Shown: one piece after another, positions 26,101 to 32,969 of the stretch
Layout: every line of letters begins with the position of its first letter
Position numbering within the stretch: the stretch's first letter is position 1
Program-made: the position numbers and the translations under genes
IMG/VR virus record: IMGVR_UViG_3300031802_000304
Coordinates: 1-32,969 of that record
DNA length: 32,969 nt
Direction: 5' to 3' (one strand)
Source of the DNA: a virus
Taxonomy: Duplodnaviria > Caudoviricetes
The notes under the pieces: model-generated
What the model was told of the DNA's origin: nothing
Database searches by the model: none
What the model saw: only the letters and a program-made list of their open reading frames with translations

Positions 26101-27600
26101 ATGTTTGAAGGATACAGAGGGAGGAATTATATAAATGGAACGTGGAGGAAGTGCGACAGGACTTTCTCTAAAATAGACCCATGCACCGAGAAAGAGATGA
26201 GTCTTTTCCCACAGTCATATGACTACTGCGTTAAGGAGGCTTGTGACTCTGCCAGCAATGCTTTTAAGGGATGGAGAAGTCTCAGTCGTATCAAGCGTGC
26301 AGAGTATCTCTTACGTGTATCTCAGATTTTAGAAAGGGACTTGGAAAAATTCGCCACAGCGATTTCAGAAGAAACAGGCAAGAATTATAACGAGTCAGTA
26401 GCTGAGGTAAACGAAGCCCTCCACATGGCTCAATATGCATTTGGTACGGGACGTATGCCGCATGGAGAAGCACTAGCTTCTGAAATTCCAGATAAGGATG
26501 CTTACATGCTACGTAAGCCGAAGGGTGTAGTGGCAATTATCAGTCCTTGGAATTTCCCTCTGGCTATCGGTGCATTCTGGTGTGCCGCCCCCGCTTTGGT
26601 TGAAGGCAATACTGTTGTTATTAAGCCTAGTGAAGACGCTCCTCTCAGCACAGAGCTTGCAGTCAAAGCCTATGAAGAAGCTGGTATCCCAGCAGGTGTT
26701 ATCAATCTGGTTCACGGGGACGGAGATGTAGGAGACCATTTAGCTAATGGTGACGTTGATCATATTTGTTTTACCGGAAGTGCAGAGGTTGGTCAATACA
26801 TCAGAAGAGTCTGTGCAGATAGCTGGCATAAGACATGCTCTTGCGAAATGGGTAGCAAGTCAGCCGTAATTGTATTCGATGATGCCAATTTCGAGCTTGC
26901 TGTTTCTGCCAGCATAGCAAGTGCATTCAAGCTTTCGGGGCAACGATGTGTTTCTGCTGGACGACTGATTGTACAGAGAGGAATATATGAAAGATTTTCT
27001 GAAAGCTTTTCCGAGTATGCCAGTCAGACATCTTTTGGTAAGCCCTTCTTTAAGGACGCTCTCTTAACTAAGCAGCAACCTAACGTTCTATCCCACATGG
27101 GTCCAATTATTAATGAGCAACAGTTTAACAGGGTGTTGAAATTTAATGAGATGGTTAGAGACGACAGCGAGGCTACAGTATTAGTAGATTCTGTACATGC
27201 CAACCCCGGATATTTTGTTTCTCCGATGGTCTACAAGACAGAGTGGAGAGACGCACCCTATCTAAAGAAGGAGGTTTTTGGCCCACACGTTGCTATCATT
27301 CCATTTGATGATATTGACCACGCTATTAATATTTACAACGACACCGACTATGGTCTGTCGGTAGGAATAATTACGGAAAACTTTAAGGTAGCAAGGAGGA
27401 TGCGTGATGAATGTGATTATGGCCTTGGCTATTGGAACGGTGGGAGTATTGCTGCTGAGAGTCATTTGGGATTCGGCGGAGTGAAGAAGTCTGGTAACGG
27501 ATTTCCCTCTGCCGCTAGAACTGTACAAGCCGTGACCCACGAAGTGTCATGGACTGTTAACCATGATGATCGGCTTAGTTTTCCGCAGGGAATGAAATGA
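26101..27600 (+). CDS. NAD(P)-dependent aldehyde dehydrogenase (semialdehyde dehydrogenase-like)
   Basis: SPWNFP, KPSE, FTGS, catalytic Glu (CEMGSK), catalytic Cys (GQRCVS), EVFGP, YGLS, FGGVKKSGNG. Confidence 0.95.
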   Translation: MFEGYRGRNYINGTWRKCDRTFSKIDPCTEKEMSLFPQSYDYCVKEACDSASNAFKGWRSLSRIKRAEYLLRVSQILERDLEKFATAISEETGKNYNESVAEVNEALHMAQYAFGTGRMPHGEALASEIPDKDAYMLRKPKGVVAIISPWNFPLAIGAFWCAAPALVEGNTVVIKPSEDAPLSTELAVKAYEEAGIPAGVINLVHGDGDVGDHLANGDVDHICFTGSAEVGQYIRRVCADSWHKTCSCEMGSKSAVIVFDDANFELAVSASIASAFKLSGQRCVSAGRLIVQRGIYERFSESFSEYASQTSFGKPFFKDALLTKQQPNVLSHMGPIINEQQFNRVLKFNEMVRDDSEATVLVDSVHANPGYFVSPMVYKTEWRDAPYLKKEVFGPHVAIIPFDDIDHAINIYNDTDYGLSVGIITENFKVARRMRDECDYGLGYWNGGSIAAESHLGFGGVKKSGNGFPSAARTVQAVTHEVSWTVNHDDRLSFPQGMK

Positions 27601-28400
27601 AAAGAATACTAGTTTGTGATCCAGAATTTTTTGATATCCGATATGAGATAAATTCTTGGATGAATACTGAGAACAAAGTGGACGGGATAAAAGCTCGGAC
27701 ACAGTGGGACGGAATGATAGACTGTCTTGTAGATAGTGGGGCCAGAATAGAACATATACAACCAGACCCCAACTTTCCCGACATGGTTTTTACCGCCAAC
27801 GCGGGGTTAGTTAGGGGGAACAGAGTGGTTCTTTCTAACTTTCGCCACAAAGAGAGGAGAGGAGAAAGAGATCTTTTCAAGCGGTGGTTCTTAGATCGAG
27901 ATTATGACGTTATTGAATTGCCGGAAGATATATCCTTTGAAGGCGCGGGAGACGCAATGTTTTTTAACGACGTGCTTTTCATTGGGTGTGGATTAAGGAC
28001 GAATCGAAGATCGCATCCCATTATAGCCGAAGCTCTAGGGGTAGATTATGTCTCTTGCGATCTAGTTAACCCTTATTTTTATCACTTAGACACCTGTTTG
28101 TTCACGACAGATGATCAGTTCGTCTACTATGACGAAGCCTTTACGCATTCTTCATTGCACGAAATGCTAACCAAGGTTATAGAAGTCACTATGAAAACCA
28201 ACAACAGTGTTAGTATACACCCGGTAAATACGGCTCAAGCAAAACAGTTTATATGCAACAGCATAAAAGTTCAGCACAGGACAACCACCCACGCATACAA
28301 CCATGACGGTGTTTTCTCTAGCGTACATACGTTCAATTGTGACGTGTCCGAATTTATAAAATCTGGAGGAGCAGTCAAATGTCTAACTCTCGAATTATAG
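27597..28400 (+). CDS. Guanidino-group-modifying (amidinotransferase fold) enzyme resembling the arginine dihydrolase domain of ArgZ/AgrE
   Basis: YEINSWM, PDMVFTANAG, HKERRGE, FEGAGD, FYHLDTC, EFIKSGGAVKCLTL (catalytic Glu/His/Cys). Confidence 0.85.
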   Translation: MKRILVCDPEFFDIRYEINSWMNTENKVDGIKARTQWDGMIDCLVDSGARIEHIQPDPNFPDMVFTANAGLVRGNRVVLSNFRHKERRGERDLFKRWFLDRDYDVIELPEDISFEGAGDAMFFNDVLFIGCGLRTNRRSHPIIAEALGVDYVSCDLVNPYFYHLDTCLFTTDDQFVYYDEAFTHSSLHEMLTKVIEVTMKTNNSVSIHPVNTAQAKQFICNSIKVQHRTTTHAYNHDGVFSSVHTFNCDVSEFIKSGGAVKCLTLEL

Positions 28401-29590
28401 AAAGTCTTTCAAAGCATGTGCTTACAGACGGTTTTCACATTGTCGTAGATACAGACAAAAGTGAAGGGTCTTGGATTGTGGATGTCGAAACCGGAAATAA
28501 ATACCTCGATTGCTATTCCCAGTTTGCCAGCCAAGCTTTGGGATGGAACCATCCTGCTCTTGTCAATGCTCAATTTCGCTTAGGGAAGGTGGCTATGCAC
28601 AAATTAGCCAACAGCGACATGTACTCAAAAGAGTATCACAATTTTGTTGAAAGGTTCGTATCTATTACCCCTGACTTCAGCCATTACTTCTTTATTGAGG
28701 GTGGTGCTTTAGGGGTTGAGAACGCTTTGAAGGCTGCGTTTGATTGGAAGGCACAAAAACTAGGCATCTCTTCTAGTGAGGCTACAAACAAAATGGATGT
28801 AGCCCATATGTACAGAGCTTTTCATGGTCGCACTGGATACACCCTGTCAACGACAAACACTGATACGATTAAAACCAAAAGATTTCCACAGTTTAACTGG
28901 ACAACCATGTTTGATGTGGACACTTTGGGTCAGTACATTAATGATAATACAGCAGCAATTTTGTTAGAACCCATCCAAGGAGAAGGTGGAGATAACCATT
29001 TTAACGAAGCAGTTTTTACAGAACTCAGATACCTAGCAGATAAACACGAAGCCATGCTCATCTTTGACGAGGTTCAAACGGGTCTAGGACTAACTGGCAA
29101 GATGTGGGCATACGAACACTTCGGCGTCATTCCTGACATGATGTGCTTTGGAAAGAAAACTCAGGTGTGTGGATTTTGTTCTACTGAGCGTATTGATGAA
29201 GTTAAGTTCAACGTGTTTAATACCAGCGGGAGGATAAATTCCACTTGGGGTGGAAACATCGTAGACATGTCAAGATTCTGCTGTATCATTGACACCATAG
29301 AAGCAGAAAACTTGGTGTATAATGCCCAAAGCGTAGGAAGACATCTATTGTGGAGTTTACGATCTATTGAGGGTCTAGATAATGTAAGGGGCAGAGGCTT
29401 AATGGTTGCCTTTGATCTTAAAGATGGCAAAGAGAGAGATACACTTATGGAAGCAATTCAACACCGCATGATAGCTTTGAAGTGCGGTCACAAATCTATT
29501 CGTCTAAGACCAGTCCTTACCTTTTCCACAGAAGATGTTGATATGGCATCTTCTATTATAAAACAAGCTGTGGATGAGATGGGGAAATGA
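28379..29590 (+). CDS. lat: L-lysine 6-(epsilon)-aminotransferase-like class III PLP aminotransferase
   Basis: LAT-type motifs: K.ANSDMYS, FFIEGGALGVENALKAAFDWK, AFHGRTGYTLS.TNT, EPIQGEGGD.HF, FDEVQTG, FGKKTQVCG, RINSTWGGN. Confidence 0.9.
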   Translation: MSNSRIIESLSKHVLTDGFHIVVDTDKSEGSWIVDVETGNKYLDCYSQFASQALGWNHPALVNAQFRLGKVAMHKLANSDMYSKEYHNFVERFVSITPDFSHYFFIEGGALGVENALKAAFDWKAQKLGISSSEATNKMDVAHMYRAFHGRTGYTLSTTNTDTIKTKRFPQFNWTTMFDVDTLGQYINDNTAAILLEPIQGEGGDNHFNEAVFTELRYLADKHEAMLIFDEVQTGLGLTGKMWAYEHFGVIPDMMCFGKKTQVCGFCSTERIDEVKFNVFNTSGRINSTWGGNIVDMSRFCCIIDTIEAENLVYNAQSVGRHLLWSLRSIEGLDNVRGRGLMVAFDLKDGKERDTLMEAIQHRMIALKCGHKSIRLRPVLTFSTEDVDMASSIIKQAVDEMGK

Positions 29591-29679
29591 AACAATGGGC
29601 GCTTGGGCTTTAATATTGGCTTTTTTACTGTACCTTGCACAGTAGCTCTGGAGATGGTTAACAACATGAAAGGTAACAC

Positions 29680-30768
29680 ATGAGAGCGGCAATAGTGGGA
29701 ACAGGAAGAATGGGGCGAGCCATAGCTTGGGCTATGGACAAACTGGGATGTAAAAAGTTCACCTTAATAGACACCGATGTAGAAAATCTGATAGATTGTT
29801 CTCAAGTGTCGGAATCAGTAGATGACTGGAACTCAGGCTATAGAGTCCTAGCAATTCAATGCGACGAGTACAACCCTGATTACTCTGCCCTGTCAAGCTG
29901 CGATATAGTTATTTCTGCCTTGCCTTACCACCAGAACGAAAAGCTAGCTAGATATTGCATAAACCAGAATATTCCCTATTGTGATCTAGGTGGCCACATG
30001 AGTACCAGCAATAGCATTAATGACTATGCCAAAAACAAAGGCTCGGTTGTTATGACCGATTTAGGATTGGCTCCGGGGTGGGTTAACATATTGGCAGAAC
30101 ATGGATACAACTCTAGCCGAGATCTACCCGAAACAGTAGAAATGATGGTGGGAGGACTTCCCGCAAATCCGAATAACTATCTAAAATACAGTTGCACTTG
30201 GTCACACGACGGATTGATAAATGAATACAAAGACCAATGCGAGGTATTAATCAATGGGTTTAATACTCTGGCTGCTGGCATGTCTGGTCTTGTGGACATA
30301 GATACCTCCCTCGGTCCAATGGAGGCATTTTATACTAGTGGGGGTGCTTCCCACACAATAGGCACCATGCAAAAAAGAGGGGTTAACAACTGTCATTATA
30401 AAACGATCAGACACAAAGGTCATTGCGAAGTCATGAAGTTTCTAATTGAGGAATGCGGTCTTAGTAACGAAGACCTGTCAGGTCTGCTAAATAAAGCGTG
30501 CCCTCCCGCAGACGACTTAGTAATCATCAAGGCTAAAGTAGACAAGTGGGAAGAAGAAAAGATTATCAGATGCAATAAGAAATTTTCAGCTATGCAGATG
30601 GCTACAGCTTTTCCTGTATCAGTAGTGGCCACGATGATTGCCAACCACGTCGGCCACACATATCGGACTGGCCCACTGGCCTATAAAGACATCTCTTACG
30701 ATATATTTGAACAGAACTTAGATTTTCTTTTTACGGAAGCAAACAATGAGCCAGAATCAAGTAACTAA
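29680..30768 (+). CDS. Saccharopine dehydrogenase / lysine 6-dehydrogenase family oxidoreductase
   Basis: Rossmann GTGRMG, SALPY, CDLGG, LGLAPG, VGGLP, WSHDGLINEY, EAFYTSGG, YKTIRHKGH. Confidence 0.88.
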   Translation: MRAAIVGTGRMGRAIAWAMDKLGCKKFTLIDTDVENLIDCSQVSESVDDWNSGYRVLAIQCDEYNPDYSALSSCDIVISALPYHQNEKLARYCINQNIPYCDLGGHMSTSNSINDYAKNKGSVVMTDLGLAPGWVNILAEHGYNSSRDLPETVEMMVGGLPANPNNYLKYSCTWSHDGLINEYKDQCEVLINGFNTLAAGMSGLVDIDTSLGPMEAFYTSGGASHTIGTMQKRGVNNCHYKTIRHKGHCEVMKFLIEECGLSNEDLSGLLNKACPPADDLVIIKAKVDKWEEEKIIRCNKKFSAMQMATAFPVSVVATMIANHVGHTYRTGPLAYKDISYDIFEQNLDFLFTEANNEPESSN

Positions 30769-31735
30769 TATCATTCGAAACGCCGTGTGCGGGAAGCCCA
30801 AGAAGTATAATATACTTACATTTCCTACACATGAACGGTATGAAACCCAGCTATGCAAGACTGGGCATAACTTTTATTCCTTTACGTCAGAGGACCAGAA
30901 AGCGTGGGACAATAGCTATGCCATGCGGCCAGACAACTATTACCTTTTACCGAAGAACGCCATATACCAAGGTATTAGATATGACTTTATATTATCTCAA
31001 AGCAAGTTTGGCCAATTTCAGATCGCTGCACAGATTAACAACATGTTGCGTCTTCCCGTGATTTCATTAGAACACACGCTTCCAATTACTGACTTCTGGC
31101 CTCCGGGTCAAGCCGATCAGATGAGGACTATGAAAGGTGACAGAAATATATTTATCTCTGAATATTCCATGAACGCTTGGGATATGAAGGACGTACCATC
31201 GACCATCATTAATCACGGAGTAGATACAGATTTGTTTTCTCCTTCGGAAATAGAAAAGCAACCGCATATCTTAAGTGTGGCTAACGATTTTGTGAATAGA
31301 GACTATTGCTTAAATTACCAAGGGTGGCAAAGGATAACACAGGGACTTAATGTTCGTCTTGTAGGAGCTACAGAAGGCTTATCAGAACCAGCCCCCTCTA
31401 CCGAAGTTCTAGTAGGAGAATACAATAGTGCTCAGGTATTTTTGAATACATCCACGTTAAGTCCCATCCCGACCTCTTTATTGGAAGCCATGTCTTGTGG
31501 TTCTGCGGTGGTGTCCACAGCAACATGCATGATACCAGAGATTATCCAGAACGGGGTAAACGGATTCATTTCCAATGATGAGGAAGAACTAAAGTCATAT
31601 GTTATGCAGCTATTAGAAGATAAAGATCTAGCTGCCAAAATGGGCAACGCTGCTAGAAAAACTGTGATCGAAAAATTCTCAGAAGAAGAATTTATTAATA
31701 ACTGGAACACCGTATTTGATGAGGTAATTCAATGA
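30746..31735 (+). CDS. GT-B glycosyltransferase (GT4-like)
   Basis: HGVDTDLF, VFLNTS..SPIPTSLLEAMSCG, EII.NGVNGF, MG.AARK. Confidence 0.9.
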   Translation: MSQNQVTNIIRNAVCGKPKKYNILTFPTHERYETQLCKTGHNFYSFTSEDQKAWDNSYAMRPDNYYLLPKNAIYQGIRYDFILSQSKFGQFQIAAQINNMLRLPVISLEHTLPITDFWPPGQADQMRTMKGDRNIFISEYSMNAWDMKDVPSTIINHGVDTDLFSPSEIEKQPHILSVANDFVNRDYCLNYQGWQRITQGLNVRLVGATEGLSEPAPSTEVLVGEYNSAQVFLNTSTLSPIPTSLLEAMSCGSAVVSTATCMIPEIIQNGVNGFISNDEEELKSYVMQLLEDKDLAAKMGNAARKTVIEKFSEEEFINNWNTVFDEVIQ

Positions 31736-32148
31736 AGGTACATGTAGTGGGCGCGGAAGAACAGCATATCGAGGGGTATGAAAGGGTTGAGATAAGCCAG
31801 AACCAAGGAAGTCTTAAGCATTTATCCGACAATGAGTGTACCTTTGTGTTGGCAAATGATACCTTGGACCAACTAGATTATAATTCGGCTAAAGGCTTTG
31901 TCTTAGAGGCCAGACAAAAGTTGAGGCTTGGAGGAACACTTGTGGTTGGTGGTACTGACATACGCCTTCTGGCACGTAATATCATCAATGATTCTATTGG
32001 GGTAGAAGATGCCAATCAGATTATGTTCAACAAAAAATCGTGTCTAGACATAAACACGGTGACAGACTTGGTTTCCAGCGTTGGGCTACAAATTATATCT
32101 ACCAGAATATCAGGTGTTCATTATGAAGTTGAAGCCAGAAGAAACTAA
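31732..32148 (+). CDS. Degenerate class I SAM-methyltransferase-like protein
   Basis: DNECTFVLA.D.LD...ARQKLRLGGTLVV..TD resembles the MTase core, but no GxG SAM motif is visible. Confidence 0.55.
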   Translation: MKVHVVGAEEQHIEGYERVEISQNQGSLKHLSDNECTFVLANDTLDQLDYNSAKGFVLEARQKLRLGGTLVVGGTDIRLLARNIINDSIGVEDANQIMFNKKSCLDINTVTDLVSSVGLQIISTRISGVHYEVEARRN

Positions 32149-32902
32149 CAAGCATCTCACAACTAGCTGTAAAGATTGTGTGTTTGCCCAATATGATGGA
32201 AATACTCAAACGGGGTGTGCGGCTGACCGATTAGATTTGTTTAGGGATCAGGGTTACATCATAGAAGCTTACGATGAAGAAAAAGAGTTCTATGTTATAG
32301 ACTGTTTTTGTAATTACTATAGGACACCCAAGTGGGATGGGTATGATGACGGCAAGGCTAACCTACAGGTTGCAATAGATGAGATCAAGCCGCGTGTCTT
32401 TATATCCATTTATTTTGACTCCCCGACCAGCGAAAAGGTTAACGCTACGCTACAATCAATTCTTAGCTTGGACTGTGACAAAAGCCACATATTCATAAGC
32501 ATATCTCAATCCCATTCAAACACAACGCAAGAAGAAAGACATCTATCAACCCACCTGTTGTGCAGACTAAGCGAGGAGGATATTAACAGTAAAGTAATGG
32601 TGAACTTTTCTGAAAGAATGCGAGAGTACGATCTCTTTAGGGTGGCTGGAGTAAGTAGTCACATCGCCATGATCAATATTGGAGACACCATACCTTCTGA
32701 TTTACTTGTAAGACTAGACGAAGAACTTAACGACAAACATAAACGCATTATTTTCTTTGACTATCAGGGACTTTCTATCGTGATGTATTCTCTCTTCTTG
32801 TCAAAGTATGCTGAATATTTTGACTACCAAGCATTTACGTTGGACATGAGAAAAGAATCCAAAAAAGCCAACATGTATATGGAGTTGGTAAGTAACATAT
32901 GA
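32123..32902 (+). CDS. Hypothetical protein with N-terminal Cys-rich motif and possible degenerate GT-A-like domain
   Basis: CKDCVFA...GC...CFC motif, then VFISI...ATLQSIL.LD resembling the start of a GT2 fold. Probable ATG at 32123. Confidence 0.55.
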   Translation: MKLKPEETNKHLTTSCKDCVFAQYDGNTQTGCAADRLDLFRDQGYIIEAYDEEKEFYVIDCFCNYYRTPKWDGYDDGKANLQVAIDEIKPRVFISIYFDSPTSEKVNATLQSILSLDCDKSHIFISISQSHSNTTQEERHLSTHLLCRLSEEDINSKVMVNFSERMREYDLFRVAGVSSHIAMINIGDTIPSDLLVRLDEELNDKHKRIIFFDYQGLSIVMYSLFLSKYAEYFDYQAFTLDMRKESKKANMYMELVSNI

Positions 32903-32969
32903 GGAATAACGGTAGATTTATTACCTCTCCTCAGAAGAACGGAGGCAGGATTGATGATAGAATAACCGT
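32899..32969 (+). CDS. 5' fragment of the next gene (runs off the window)
   Basis: ATGA overlap at 32899; open reading MRNNGRFITSPQKNGGRIDDRIT... Confidence 0.55.
   Translation, partial: MRNNGRFITSPQKNGGRIDDRIT

Noticed and set aside
800-31710. Numerous minus-strand and alternative-frame ORFs of 60-150 aa in the ORF track
   Set aside because: They overlap well-supported + strand genes, lack recognisable motifs and are best explained as shadow ORFs.
1-32969. tRNA, rRNA or stop-codon reassignment
   Set aside because: The intergenic gaps are short and show no cloverleaf patterns. Conserved enzymes are full length under the standard code, with TAA, TAG and TGA all used as stops.

Overview
This window looks like part of a large lytic dsDNA bacteriophage genome rather than a cellular chromosome. 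All credible genes lie on the + strand, are densely packed and often overlap at ATGA junctions. From left to right: (1) the 3' end of a sigma-factor-like HTH gene and a monocistronic Gly/Ala/Thr-rich gene. (2) A terminator-bounded membrane cassette: TM+PAS protein, holin-like protein, membrane-anchored protein, papain-like Cys protease and Cys-rich lipoprotein. (3) Nucleotide metabolism genes: class II B12-dependent RNR, dUTPase and PhoH. (4) A replication/recombination block: RecA-like recombinase, endonuclease, DnaB, primase, dNMP kinase, Cas4/AddB-like nuclease, a DnaE split in two around a DEDDh exonuclease, and SSB. This block is interrupted by a DUF1501-IscA insert. (5) A glycosyltransferase cluster containing a four-gene basic amino acid module: ALDH, ArgZ-like guanidino hydrolase, lysine 6-aminotransferase and a saccharopine/lysine dehydrogenase-family enzyme. 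DUF1501 and DUF5658-like genes hint at a Planctomycetota/PVC host. No tRNA, rRNA, CRISPR array, intein or transposase was seen. All family calls come from motif recognition by eye, not from database searches.
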